64,000 nucleotides of DNA, taken from NCBI GenBank assembly GCA_964035545.1, contig OZ037767.1, positions 16,923,781-16,987,780 on the forward strand, read 5' to 3'. This document shows positions 48,701 through 63,600 of this stretch, in pieces; within the stretch, counting starts at the first letter, position 1; each line of letters opens with the position of its first letter. This DNA is from Bugula neritina. Taxonomy: Eukaryota; Animalia; Bryozoa. The notes beneath the pieces are model-generated. The model was given only the letters and a program-made list of their open reading frames with translations. It had not been told where the DNA came from and did not search any database. A program made the position numbers and the translations under genes.

Positions 48701-51700
48701 TTATGTGCACATAATGATTATGATGTCATAAACCTATGGCTTCACATTTGATCTCGATTTGTCTGTAAGAGAATCCTTTTTGCTGTCTTACTATTAGTAT
48801 TATATCGATATTTCTAATTCTTTGCTTTTCCACAGTCCGGTTGATTTTTACTTGCATATACTAGTGCTCTGAAGTCACTGTTTAAATGAAATAATTTTAA
48901 AAGATGCGATGTCTAACCAATTAAATGTAGGTTTTTGTGACAAACAGATATATGTAATTATATCAACAGTTTACCCAGTTTACCCACATAATGATTATGA
49001 TGTAATAAACCTATGGCTTCACATTTGATCTCGATTCGTCACTAAGAGAATTCAGATTGCGTGCCGTCTTACTTTTACTAGTAGTATCATATCGATATTT
49101 TCTAAATCTTCACTTCTCCACAGTCAGGTGGGTTTTTACTTGCATATACTAGTGCTTTGAAGTCACAGTTTAAATTAAATAATTTTAAAAGATGCAACTT
49201 TTAATCAATTAAATAAAGGTTTTTGTGACAAACAGATATATGTAATTATATCAACAGTTTACCCAACATCCACCAGCCATGCTTGGGCGACTGTGGAATT
49301 TCCTCACTGGTGATGAAGATGCACCTCCCAGACAGACCAGGTCAGAGTTGTCTTCTTCCTAAACCATTGTTTTACAATGTAGTGAAATAATCAAAATCTT
49401 CAGTTATTTATGATGAATAAAATAAGCTGCAGTTTAAACAAGCTAGTAGTTAGCATACATTTCCATAATATAGCATGAGTACCTCTATATTTCATAGATG
49501 TTTGGGGAAAGGGTTATGATTTATATCCTAGCAAATAAAGTTTGTGTTCAGCTATGTATGTTGTCATGTGATCAAAATGCTAGTAAGACGCCACAAGGTA
49601 ATGTAGACCTCTAGACCAACTCTCATATGACACTGCTGTATCTGGAAGTAACATAGTAAATATAACACTGCTGCAGGCTGTGTTTTGTTACATTCATTCT
49701 CTCTTCACTTAAGCTCTGCTCAAAGCACCTGCTCTGTTGCAACCAGCTATGGGAGCGTGCATCACTCATTTGGAGAGTGTGTTTCTTGTTCCCAGAGATA
49801 GGAAAGTTTTATTGTGTTATATAGGTTGAGTGCTTGTATCAAATGAATAAATTTTATACCGAAAATTATTTATGTTTTCACGCAGTGAAACCTCAATCTT
49901 GCTCAGAGTGAGACCCAGGACACCCTTCACCATCAATCTTGTTCGCCGGGCTACTCGAGAAAGGTGATTACCCAAAGTTCTGACAGCAAGTCGTTTTAAG
50001 GTGGGTTAAGAGGTCCAGTTAGACTTCTGCAGATTATTTTCCTCAATAGATTCAATTGCTTATTTTTTGAGAAAGGTTCCAGAAAAGGTAGGAAACTGTC
50101 GTAATTAACTTCAGGTCAACAGGTCAGGTCTGTTTTTTAGACCAATATTAGTAGCTATCATTAAATTGGCATTTTACATTATCATTACATGGTATTACAT
50201 CATGTGTTACAGTAACTATTACTTAATCATTATTACAATGCATTGTGGCCATTAGTTATATTATTACAATAAATTTTTGCCATCAGTATTATATATCATC
50301 AGTTGTATTACATATTCTATATTGCACCCCTTCCCTTCTCCAGAAGTTATGATTGCCCTCCACAGCATACAATCCGAAAGTGGGGCTGGAACTGCTACTT
50401 AGCTAATGCGGAAAAGATTTTTAGAGCAAAAAGATTTTAAGATGTAAAAAAACTCATCAGTCTGAAAATGTTAGTGACTACACTGTGATATTCTGCACAT
50501 AGCATTATCATTTCATTACCCACTGCCAGCATAAGAGGATATGGACTTTAACTATTGTCATTCCTTCTGAGCAAAAGAACCAAGTTCCAATAATCTCAGG
50601 GAGCCATTCTCCAGTACGCAGAGGCAAAAGAGTTACATTGTATTAAATGCACTAATTACTAATTAATATCAAAAATATAAAATCTAAAGTACACTTTCAA
50701 AAATTGTGTATGCAAATTGCAGGTTATTCAACATTTCTACATTTATGCTGTAAGATTTTTATCTTAGCCAGGATAAAAAATAGCTCAGATTTCCCTCTTG
50801 TCTCCTTTTGAAAAAACATCTTAAACTTAAGTGCCCATTGTCATAGATTGATAGAGTATTCCAGCTATGCGAGACATGCATTCTCATTGTTATCTTTTAC
50901 TAAATTCGAAGAAATAAAGTGCCATTTGTAATGGCTAAATAAATCGACAAAAACATGAACCTCAATCAAGTTGTAATATAACACCCATCACCAGCAATCT
51001 TGTTTATTAGATTATGTGAAAAAACGAGGAGTACCAGAAGTTACAATAAAGTGTTTATTGGTAACTAACTATAGCCTTAAAAGCTGACTTTGGGTATAAG
51101 ACTTGCAGAGACTATTCCTAATGATGTTTGTTCATAGACCTAAAATATATTGTGCAAATGCCGACTGTATATAGACAGTGCATTTAAAGCACATGGTTAA
51201 ACATCAAAGCTTAATCGTTCTTATGAGGACACACTGGAGAAGAGCCATAAAGGTATAAAAAATGTGGGAAGGCCTTCAGACTAAGTGCAAACTTGGCCAC
51301 ATTGCTGATCAAAAAAGCACCATAGAAATTTGCAATAGAAAATAGAAAAACATGGCAAAATAATTTCAAATAGTTTCAAGTATTGTAAAACCTTTATAGT
51401 ACAATGCTTTAGCACGCACAGATTTGGCAGCAATTATCATATGATTTGTAATGTCTAAAGTTAGTTTGTATAACTGTTTTTAAATACACTCTAAATATAA
51501 GTCTTGTAGCGATTGTGGTATCTGAAGTGCATGTACACATATTTACGTGGCTAAAGCTAGAGCAGTGACGCAAAGGATGCTTAAATAATTGTAAAAATAT
51601 TTGACTTTTGCTGACAAATGCAGGCAACACCAAAAAGTATCACGCATACAGATTTTTGGATCGTTGGAATGTTGGTGATGTCTACTCATTAAATTGGCTG

Positions 51701-53990
51701 TTGAGATAAAAATTGAAATATTTAGTAAGGTGTGTGCTGATTAAATCTCCCAATGCACTAGCAATGAGCTTCTTGTCTATAAAGCATGCATTTTCAGAAA
51801 AAGTGGAAAGTTGAAATAAGTTCAAATTGATGCAATTTAATGCTTACATGTTTAAATTGGTAATTATGTTACATGTATACTTGAAAGTGTGTTTTGAATG
51901 AGACGAGCTATGTTGTTGACAGCTCTGACCCCAGGTTTGAACATATCTTTTCAAACTTTCAACAAACTTATAATGAGTCTTTTAGTAAATAAGTGGAGCG
52001 ACGGCCTTTTGTTGCCACATGAGACTATGACCTGTCGTTCTCACCTACTACATGTAGTTTAACAGCTTGTCTCAGCCAAGTCTATTTAATGTTAATGTTT
52101 ATTTGTTATCTTTGTTATCTTTATATAAAATATACTGATCTTGTAACCTATAAAAAACATCAACTGCACAAAAGTAACAATTATCTAATGCTTAAGCAGT
52201 TTTTTCTATTTTTTAAACTGAAATAAAGTTATCAAAAATGCAAAGTTCGAAAGTAGTGCTAGAGTAAAACACCCATGTAACACTAACACTCAGAGTAACA
52301 GTAAATGTAGCTGACAATCTGAATGACTATGATTGAAGTAATACTAACAGTATTAGTAATATGAATATTTATAGTTATAAAAGCATTAGTAACACTAATA
52401 CTGACTTTATTATTACTAATGATAATTGTAATAGATCACTTGATGTAATACTAATAGTTTTATATAAATACTACTATTAATGTTAGACTTAGTATTACAG
52501 TATCAATTAGTATTAGCACATTGCTATTTCAATTTGTATTAAGCATTTATTATTACCAAATTATTATTAATATAATTATAATACTAATAGTATTAGTAAT
52601 AGTAAATTATAAATAATTAATAAACAATAACTGAATAAGTAATTCATGATGATGATCACTGATGGTTGTTTTAGTTTATATTAAGCTTTACCTAACACTA
52701 ACAGTAAATGTAATACCAATTACCAAAAATCAAAATCCAATAAATGAATAATCATTAATGACAATATTAAAATTCAATACTAATACTAATAGGAATGATA
52801 GTAATAATATTAACTAATAAATAAAAATACTAACAGTAACACTGAGTAATACTAATAGTAATACTAATAATAATTATAATAGTAATACAAAAACACGTAT
52901 CACTAGTATCACTATCAGTAGTACTAGTAGCATAAAAAATAAAGATTAAGTGCAGATTCACTTGCTACTTTAAATTAGGCAATTATGAACTATCTTCATA
53001 CTTATAGTTATTAATGTTATTATATGTATCATTATTATTATGAATATGATTATTTAATTAATATTTATATTACTCATTATGAAAATCTATATTATTATTT
53101 TAATTTATCATAAAATAAAAATAAGAATTAAATTCAAATTGACAACCAGAAAAAAAGCAAATATATAGAGAATAATAGCTACAATTAATTAACTAGTAAT
53201 ATTACAAACCGTGTTGAACTAAAATCGATGATCTTAGAGGATGCTCAAGTAGCTAAAGCCTAAATAAACAACAAAGCTCATAGTACGAAGTGAGAGCCTC
53301 ATGGCCATTCTGATTCTTGCTCGTCGCTCAGTAGCCCGCTTTTTGTTGCAGACGACAGTCAGTCACGTGATATAATTTTGTGCCCATCCGTTTTAGGAAG
53401 ACAATTCTCAAAACTATCTGCGCGGGTTAGTTATCTGCAGACTGCTTCATCCTGTTAATCCTGTTAATATTATATTATGCTAGAATTTCATGTTAATTTA
53501 TATTGGTATTCATGCTCTCAATTTCATATATTTTACAGGTAAAAGCAGGTTGTCCTTTTTTAGAGTTAGGTTACTTTATGTAATAGTAATACCTACTGCA
53601 ATTGGTAAAGTTATTTATTATTGAGTATTTGCTAAAGAGAAAGTAGCAACATTTACATTATGATTATCATTATGTGATTGCTGATTATCCTTATCATTAT
53701 GATTATCATTATGATATTGATTATTAAAAATAAAATATTATTATTCATATTGTTATTTTCATTTATATTGATATATTTATTATAAAATTACATCTAACAA
53801 TAATTATAATGGCATTAGTTGAACAATTTCTGTTAACCTTGCCCTTAGAGTTAGAGTGACAGCCATACTAATAATAAGTCTAATAGTAATACTAATACTA
53901 ATACAGTAATAGTAATAGTCATACTGTCATAGTAATACTGATACTGTGATAGTCATTTGGAAAACTGCTAATTAGCCACAAATCAGGGAT

Positions 53991-54194
53991 TACGGACAGT
54001 GGTGGCATGGCGTTCGGGCGCTAAATTTTTATGATTTGAGTTCTTTACCAAATTTGGTTCAAAATTATACATAATTAGGGATAGCCTGTAGTTTAAAAAT
54101 ATTTTTCAAGCATTTATAGGTACCAGGGTATTTACGAAATTATTTAAATAATTTAATTAATTTATACAATTTATTTTACACTGCCACCACCGTA
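53991..54194. mobile_element. Possible ~200-bp MITE immediately upstream of the LINE ORF1
   Basis: TACGG(ACA)GTGGTGGCA versus TGCCACCACCGTA imperfect terminal inverted repeat around an AT-rich core. Confidence 0.4.
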
Positions 54195-54199
54195 CCAAG

Positions 54200-54895
54200 A
54201 TGACCAAAAGTAAAAAAATAGAATCTCAGCCGGTGAACTCTGAATCAAAACGGCTTGGAGATGGGCAGGCGGATATCAGTAGTAACCATGAGGAAAGATG
54301 TGTCACATGCAATGAGATAGATTGCACTCTCCAAGGGAGGAACAACAGGCAAATCAAGGTTCTCACTAAGTGGATTACCTGTGATCTCTGCAACCAATGG
54401 TACCATGGAATATGCCAGGACCTGCAGCCAGCTGATGTATCGTGTATAACTAAGTTGGCAGAGAAAGGCGTGAGCTGGAAGTGCAGTGACTGCAGAGATA
54501 AAACAGAAAATAGCCCACACGGAGAAAGTCTAACACAGCCCATGACTCAAAAAACAACACAGCAGATTGACAACAGAGAGAGGATAGTGAAGGAAATTGC
54601 TGAACAAAGCCATAAATTAAGTGAGATGGAACAGAAATGGTCTGATGTCGTCAAGCAAAATCTTGAGAAAATTGACAAGAATAAACAGATTGCTGCAGAT
54701 GCAAAAACATTGATAGAAAAGAGTCACCAACTGAGGGAAGAAGAGAGTAGAAAGAGCAATACTATCGTTACCGGGGTCACTGAAAAAGATAGTAAAACAT
54801 CAATGGAGCAGATACAAGAACTAATGAGAATGGAATGTTTTACCAAAACCAACTCACTAACTCAGGTTTTTAGGCTAGGAAAAAACAGAAAATGA
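54200..54895 (+). pseudogene. LINE ORF1 with PHD finger (frameshifted near 54890)
   Basis: C4HC3 PHD pattern; the expected continuation RPIKVRF follows in another frame with a stop. Confidence 0.8.
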
Positions 54896-55135
54896 GGGAA
54901 AAAACGTCCAATCAAGGTGAGATTTGAGGATGAGTAATCGAAACGGGAGTTCGTTAAAAAGTTCAACAATCAAATACTGAGAGAACAGAGTATTTACTGC
55001 AGACTTGATGAGAGCAAAGAAATCCGAAATCAACAATTCCAGCTGAAAAAGGAAGCTAACAGGCTTAGAGAGGAAAATACATCTATAGCATATCGAGTTC
55101 GACATGCAAATATAAGAAAAGCAAGCCTCGGGGGA

Positions 55136-55597
55136 ATGAAAAGTGAGGAAACAAGTCTAACAAAAGAGAGTGACGGAATGCTGAAAGTATTCCTTGCCAA
55201 CACAAGATCTGTTAAAGGTAAAACCACTGAACTGCAATTTCTCACCACAGATTCTGACATAATTTGTTTCACTGAAACACACCTAGATGACACAATACCT
55301 AATAGCAGTATTCTACCAATCAAGAACAAAACAGTATTTCGTCGTGATCGCAACATTTGTGGGGGTGGAGTTATGAGGGCTGTATGTGACCGTTTAAATC
55401 CCAAACTAGTAGATCTTAGTGAGTATAGGGAAGAGGTGGTAGCAGTGAAAATTCAACCAAGAATGGCCATCTGCTGTTACTACAGACCCTATGTACATCT
55501 CTCCAACACAGATGTTATAAATGACATTTTGGCTTACCTACAAAGAGAGTATCAAAGGCACACTATTTTGTTTGTTGGAGACTTGATCATTGGATGA
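55136..55597 (+). pseudogene. LINE ORF2 endonuclease fragment
   Basis: APE motifs I-V, truncated right after VGDL. Confidence 0.85.
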
Positions 55598-57627
55598 CTG
55601 TAAAAAATTTCAGCGAAACCTGGGCTCTCGTTGTACTTGGTTGGAAAAGTGGGAAATGTCATGCAACATCTTCAAGAGCAGGATAATCAGCTTCAACTCT
55701 AAGAACGATACTCCCCAATACAAGCTTATTTGATTAGTGTTGGATCATGTTAACTCAAAAAATACCTTGGTGTAACCTTGCAATCAGAATGTAAATTTGA
55801 CCAGCACATCCTAAAGGAGGCATAAAAACATGCACTGTACTGGGGCCCCCAAAGGAGCAAAGCTTATTGACTAAAAAGCCCTCCGTCTCCCACACTTGGA
55901 ATATGCCAGAGCAGCCGGAGACACATCCAGCAAGCACCATATGAGTATAATTGAAAATGTGCAAGCAGATGCTGTGCGTTTTATCACAAACACCAAAAAA
56001 AGAACTTATATTCTTGAGGAAATGAAAAATGTTGTCTATAAAGAGAAACAACATCTAGCTCTGAGTGCTGTCTATGATGATTTTCTGGATCAGCAGACCA
56101 CAAGCACTGTGTAGACTAGATCTCAGGTTTCAGGACTCCCCAGATCAGTTAGAGCAAACAAGAATGGATATTTTTATAGTTTTCTCCCAAGAATGATAAG
56201 ATATATGAGAATCAGCACTGATTGAGTGACTTTTCCAGAGCATTCAATAACTGTAAATCATACACAGACGAGCTGGTTAGCCTGTTTAATTAATCTGCAC
56301 AAGAATTTTAACATTATTTAAAATACTGCTCAAGTACTGACAACTTATTTTCTATATGCCACAAAACCCTTCTTCGCTCTAGGGAGGTCCAGTGTGGGGG
56401 TAACATCGACAGACGGGTCTCAACAGGTATTTTTCCAACTAGTCTCAACATTGTGATTGTGGGTGTCATTGATGATTTCTAATTGGTCAATAATGACCTA
56501 TCATGTTCTATCATTCTTCAAAGTTTATTGTCACTACAACTCTATCATAATAATTATTGTTTTACTATTTCATTACCATAGGTATGGTGACAGTCGCACA
56601 AAATAATTAACAATAACTGTAATTTATATTATTTATTTGAGTTATGGACACTAGATTGTAGAATTATCATTAATCTGGTTTGAATAATTTGTATTTACAT
56701 TACTGATATTCAAGATAATTGCAATGACAACTTTGCATCCAAAGTGAATCTAATTATATTTTCATTAGCTATGATATCATTGATGATGCAATTTGATTTA
56801 CTTCTAATTTCACTGCACAGAATAGGAGTAAATCAAATTATAATGCCTGTTTATTTATTAAACTTTGTGACACCTTGACAAAACTTTGCACCCTTCCAAA
56901 TCTGTCAAGCCTAAAATGTAATTATTGATGTTGTTAAGGTTTTGATAGTATCAATATGTGCTTTATGACATTGTAAGTTAGCACTATAGCTATACAGTAG
57001 ATTAGTTTGTAGTACTAATTACCACTAGATAACTTAGTACAAATTAGCAGTATGACTAGGTGAATGAGTAATGATCTAAATATGTTTGTAAAGACAGACA
57101 TTACCTGCTAAAGATGTCAAATGAAATTTACCCTCTAATGTATGATGAGATAAAAATCAAAGCTATGCTCACAACCTTGAAAATTGGATTTATTTTATGT
57201 ATTTTGTTATTTGTTTAGTATTTTGATAATAATTGTTCTTGAATTTAATAATATTAACAATTTTAAATATTGTAGCATTCTTGAAATAGTTCATTAGTTT
57301 TATTCTTAAAATCATGGAATTTCTTGTAAGAAATACTATCCAATGAGGACTGAGAAATTTCTTGTGCACATAATGATTATGATGTAATTAACCAATTGCT
57401 TCACATTTGATCTCGATTATAAGAGAATAGTAGTATCACATCTATATTTTCTAATTCTTTACTTCTCCACAGTCAGGTTGGTTTTTACTTGTGTATACTA
57501 GTGCTCTGAAGTCACAGTTTAAATGAAATTATTTTAAAAGATGCAACTTTTAATCAATTAAATAAAGGTTTTTGTGATAAACAGATATATGTAATTATAT
57601 TAACAGTTTACCCAACATCCACCAGCC

Positions 57628-60600
57628 ATGCTTGGGCGACTGTGGAATTTCCTCACTGGTGATGAATATGCACCTCCCAGACAGACCAGGTCAGAGTTGT
57701 CTTCTTCCTAAACCATTGTTTTACAATGTAGTGAAATAATCAAAATCTTCAGTTATTTATTATGAATAAAATAAGCTGCAGTTTAAACAAGCTAGTAGTT
57801 AGCATAAATTCCCATATTATAGCATGAGTACCTCTATATTTCATAGATGTTTGGGGAAAGGGTTATGATTTATATCCTAGCAAATAAAGTTTGTGTTCAG
57901 CTATGTATGTTGTCATGTGATCAAAATGCTAGTAAGACGCCACAAGTTAATGTAGACCTCTAGACGCACTCTCATATGACACTGCTGTATCTGGGAGTAA
58001 CATAGTAAATATAACACTGCTGCAGGCTGTGTATTGTTACATCCATTCTCTCTTCACTTCAGCTCTGCTGAAAGCAACTGCTCTGTTTTTACCAGCCATG
58101 GGAGCGTGCATCACGAAGAGAAGGCGAGTTCCACCAGTCTCGCAGAGCCCTTCTCTTGTGAGCAGAGGTAGGAAACCTACACCGTATTAAATGTACTGTG
58201 AGGTATATACTGCATGCTGAAATCACCTCTGTTCTACCTCCATCTCTGTTCTACCTCCATCTCTGTTCTACCTCCATCTCTGTTCTACCTATATCTCTGT
58301 TCTACCTCCATCTCTGTTCTACCTCCATGTCTGTTCTACCTCCATCTCTGTTCTACCTCCATCTCTGTTCTACCTCCATATCTGTTCTACCTCCATGTCT
58401 GTTCTACCTCCATCTCTGTTCTACCTCCATCTCTGTTCTACCTCCACCTCTGTTCTACCTCCATCTCTGTTCTACCTCCATCTCTGTTCTACCTCCATCT
58501 CTGTTCTACCTCTATCTCTGTTCTACCTCCATCTCTGTTCTACCTCCATCTCTGTTCTACCTCCACCTCTGTTCTACCTCCATCTCTGTTCTACCTCCAT
58601 CTCTGTTCTACCTCCATCTCTGTTCTTACAGTGAGACCTCCATCTTCCTCCGAGTCAGACCTGGATCTGAGGTGACTCTAGTCATCCCCCGGAGGAAGAA
58701 ACCGCGCAGGCCCCAGCGGACTCCATTCACTATCAGCCCTGTTCGCCGGGCTGCGCAAGAGAGGTGAGTAAAAGTTGTAGTGGCAAGCGGTTTTAGAGTT
58801 ATATAACACAATGCAGGGGTCATTAATCTTGTATCTTGTATATAGATTACATTTTGTGTCTTGTTTGTAGCTCACATTTTGTATCCTGCGTGTAGGTCAC
58901 ATGTTGTATCCTGTATATAGGTCATATTTTGTATTCTGTATGTAGGTCACATCTGCTCACTGATGTGGGCGTCGAGGCAGGCGTTGAGGTCTCCTGTCAG
59001 GCGACTCAGTGCATCCAGCGCTCTGCCTCTGTAGACATCAGCTCCCAGAACAGGTAAGAAAGTCGTACTGTTAGTATACTGAGATACATATTAGTATACT
59101 GAGATACCTGATAGTATACTGAGATACCTGATAGTATACTGAGATACCTGATAGTATACTGAGATACCTGATAGTATACTGAGATACCTGATAGTATACT
59201 GAGATACCTGTTAGTATACTGAGATACCTGATAGTATACTGAGATACCTGATAGTATACTGAGTTACCTGTTAGTATACTGATAGTATACTGAGATACCT
59301 GATAGTATACTGTTAGTATACATGTTTACAGTTCAGAACCCGGCTGTGTGGACAGATCTGTCCAGTGCGCCACAACCAGCCAGGCTCCAGCCTCCCAGCA
59401 CAGTCGGGCAAGATCTCGTCTGGAGAGAAAGACGTCCACTGCTGGCACCACACTGAGCAGCAGAAAGCCGAGCGGCAGCGGCGTTGCTGTACCACATGAA
59501 AGGGCGACATGTGGTCCTCAGGTGGTGTTAAGTCAGCAGCCTGTTCCAGCCACCTGTGCTCAGGGGAATGTGTTTGCTATGCAAATGGCATACCACCTTG
59601 GGCACCTGACAGGCCTGCTGACTACAGCACTGTAAGTAACCTCTCTTTAACACTTGTTGACACCTAGCAGTGAGCTTACTTCCCTAAGTAATTTACTTTT
59701 GTGTCCTATTGAGTGTAAATGACACACTGCAGTATTGAGTTAACCCAGCAGACCTGTGGTGTAATGGTTAACCCTCCCGCTTGCAAACCAGATGCTTCGG
59801 GTTCCACTCCCGGTGGCGGCAAAATTTTATAAGTTTATAATTTGTCACTTGCAGCAACACTAAGGAGTCAGAGAAGAGAAAGGTAGACGCCAGCACTTTA
59901 GTCTCAACACGCTATCCTTCTCTGAAACTACCCAACACCAGATCCGCTTTCACTATCAGCCCTCTCCGCAACTCTGAATCGAGAAGGTAGAAAAGTAATG
60001 GAAATCATGTCAGTGAATACTATTGCTTGCAGACTGATAACACCTACCTGTTGGTTATGGTTACACTTCTTGTACCTATCATCACGTTGTGGTGTTCTGC
60101 TTCACGTGTGTTCTCTATTACAGGCCTACTATTGGGTCGCGTCTCTTCAGAAGGCAGGCTGATATAAGTATAGCCGGGCAGCTCACCCTGAGCTCTGGTG
60201 TTCCAAGAGAGACAACTCTGTGCTCAACCATCGGTCACTCTGATTGGTCCAGTGAGACACTCTGGAGGACATCTGTTCGCAGTGCTCAGAGGTAAGGAGG
60301 GTTCCTTTATTATAATTGGAATATTGGTATATAATTATATTATCATAATAATGTCATATAATGTCGCTATTAGTGTAATATATTATTATATAACAATACC
60401 ATTAGTATAACATATTATTGTAATATTATATAACATTACCATTAGTATAATATTTAGTGGAATGTTATATATTACTATTGATATTAAGCATCGTATCTCA
60501 TTGTCTCTCCAGGACTTACGTGATTCAAAATCACTTTATCCAATCAGAGAGCATGACCGGGACTGAGCTGGATACAGAGGAAGTTTTCCGGGAAAAGAGG

Positions 60601-63600
60601 TGAGAAAATGTAAAAGATGAATTCATAGCTGTAAAATATTCTACTGGCCCTACTGTGATATACTGTATATAGTATTACTACTCTGTGGTATACTGTACAT
60701 AGTATTACTACTCTGTGGTATACTGTATATAGTATTACTACTCTGTGATATACTGTATATAGTATTACTACACTGTGATATACTGTATATAGTATTACTA
60801 CTCTGTGATATACTGTACATAGTATTACTACTCTGTGATATACTGTACATAGTATTACTACACTGTGATATACTGTACATAGTATTACTACTCTGTGATA
60901 TACTGTATATAGTATTACTACTCTGTTATATACTGTATATAGTATTACTACTCTGTGATATACTGTATATAGTATTACTACTCTGTGATATACTGTATAT
61001 AGTATTACTACTCTGTGGTATACTGTATATAGTATTACTACTCTGTGATATGCTGTACATAGTATTACTACTCTGTGATATACTGTATATAGTATTACTA
61101 CTCTGTGATATACTGTATATAGTATTACTACTCTGTGATATACTGTATATAGTATTACTACTCTGTGATATACTGTATATAGTATTACTACTCCGTGATA
61201 TACTGTACATAGTATTACTACTCTGTTATATACTGTACATAGTATTACTACTCTGTGATATACTGTATATAGTATTACTACTCTGTTATATACTGTATAT
61301 AGTATTACTACTCTGTGATATACTGTACATAGTATTACTACTCTGTGATATACTGTATATAGTATTACTACTCTGTATATAGTATTACTACTCTGTGATA
61401 TACTGTATATAGTATTACTACTCTGTGATATACTGTATATAGTATTACTACTCTGTGATATACTGTACATAGTATTACTACTCTGTGATATACTGTACAT
61501 AGTATTACTACTCTGTGATATACTGTACATAGTATTACTACTCTGTGATATACTGTATATAGTATTACTACTCTGTGATATACTGTATATAGTATTACTA
61601 CTCTGTGATATACTGTACATAGTATTACTACTCTGTGATATACTGTACATAGTATTACTACTCTGTGATATACTGTACATAGTATTACTACTCTGTGATA
61701 TACTGTATATAGTATTACTACTCTGTGATATACTGTATATAGTATTACTACTCTGTGATATACCGTACATAGTATTACTACTCTGTGATATACTGTATAT
61801 AGTATTACTACTCTGTGATATACTGTATATAGTATTACTACTCTGTGATATACTGTACATAGTATTACTACTCTGTGATATACTGTACATAGTATTACTA
61901 CTCTGTAATATACTGTACATAGTATTACTACTCTGTGATATACTGTACATAGTATTACTACTCTGTGATATACTGTATATAGTATTACTACTCTGTGATA
62001 TGCTGTATATAGTATTACTACTCTGTGATATACTGTACATAGTATTACTACTCTGTGATATACTGTACATAGTATTACTACTCTGTGATATACTGTACAT
62101 AGTATTACTACTCTGTGATATACTGTATATAGTATTACTACTCTGTGATATACTGTATATAGTATTACTACTCTGTGATATACCGTACATAGTATTACTA
62201 CTCTGTGATATACTGTATATAGTATTACTACTCTGTGATATACTGTATATAGTATTACTACTCTGTGATATACTGTACATAGTATTACTACTCTGTGATA
62301 TACTGTACATAGTATTACTACTCTGTGATATACTGTACATAGTATTACTACTCTGTGATATACTGTACATAGTATTACTACTCTGTGATATACTGTACAT
62401 AGTATTACTACTCTGTGATATACTGTACATAGTATTACTACTCTGTGATATACTGTATATAGTATTACTACTCTGTGATATACTGTATATAGTATTACTA
62501 CTCTGTTATATACTGTATATAGTATTACTACTCTGTGATATACTGTATATAGTATTACTACTCTGTGATATACTGTATATAGTATTACTACACTGTGATA
62601 TACTGTACATAGTATTACTACACTGTGATATACTGTATATAGTATTACTACTCTGTGGTATACTGTATATAGTATTACTACTCTGTGATATACTGTATAT
62701 AGTATTACTACTCTGTGATATACTGTACATAGTATTACTACTCTGTGATATACTGTATATAGTATTACTACTCTGTGGTATACTGTATATAGTATTACTA
62801 CTCTGTGATACACTGTATATAGTATTACTACTCTGTATATAGTATTACTACTCTGTGATATACTGTATATAGTATTACTACTCTGTGATATACTGTACAT
62901 AGTATTACTACTCTGTGATATACTGTACATAGTATTACTACTCTGTATATAGTATTACTACTCTGTGATATACTGTATATAGTATTACTACTCTGTGATA
63001 TACTGTACATAGTATTACTACTCTGTGATATACTGTATATAGTATTACTACTCTGTGATATACTGTATATAGTATTACTACTCTGTGATATACTGTATAT
63101 AGTATTACTACTCTGTGATATACTGTATATAGTATTACTACTCTGTGATATACTGTATATAGTATTACTACTCTGTGATATACTGTACGTAGTATTACTA
63201 CTCTGTGATATACTGTATATAGTATTACTACTCTGTGATATACTGTATATAGTATTACTACTCTGTGATATACTGTACGTAGTATTACTACTCTGTGATA
63301 TACTGTATATAGTATTACTACTCTGTGATATACTGTATATAGTATTACTACTCTGTGATATACTGTACATAGTATTACTACTCTGTGATATACTGTACAT
63401 AGTATTACTACTCTGTGATATACTGTACATAGTATTACTACTCTGTGATATACTGTATATAGTATTACTACTCTGTGATATACTGTATATAGTATTACTA
63501 CTCTGTTATATACTGTACATAGTATTACTACTCTGTGATATACTGTATATAGTATTACTACTCTGTGGTATACTGTATATAGTATTACTACTCTGTGATA

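Larger units (their letters stand above)
38930..50500 (+). pseudogene. Cluster of decayed partial duplicates of exons 1-5 of the phase-2 gene
   Basis: Exon1-like at ~43634 and ~49258 (weaker at ~38932, ~40355). Exon2-like at ~43979 and ~49714. Exon3-like at ~43062, 44318, 47332, 47952, 48399 and 49885. Exon4-like at ~43319, 44517, 47760, 48208 and 48655. Exon5-like at ~41010 and ~45280. Many have lost donors or carry stops. Confidence 0.8.
54200..56415 (+). mobile_element. CR1/L2-like non-LTR retrotransposon, internally deleted and frameshifted
   Basis: ORF1 (54200-~55100) has a PHD finger (CVTC...WITCDLCNQWYHGIC...WKCSDC), a coiled coil and RKSNTIVTGVTE. ORF2 has an APE endonuclease (LANTRSV, DIICFTETHL, RRDR..GGGV, YYRP, VGD). 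The RT core is missing; post-RT motifs KYLGV, LEYA, IENVQ..A.RFI and FYSFLPRMIR remain. Confidence 0.88.

Noticed and set aside
54200-54895. Host PHD-finger chromatin gene
   Set aside because: Intronless and followed by LINE ORF1 motifs and an APE endonuclease, so it is a retrotransposon ORF1.
59748-59820. Functional tRNA gene
   Set aside because: Acceptor stem and T-loop deviate from consensus and the two copies differ at many sites.
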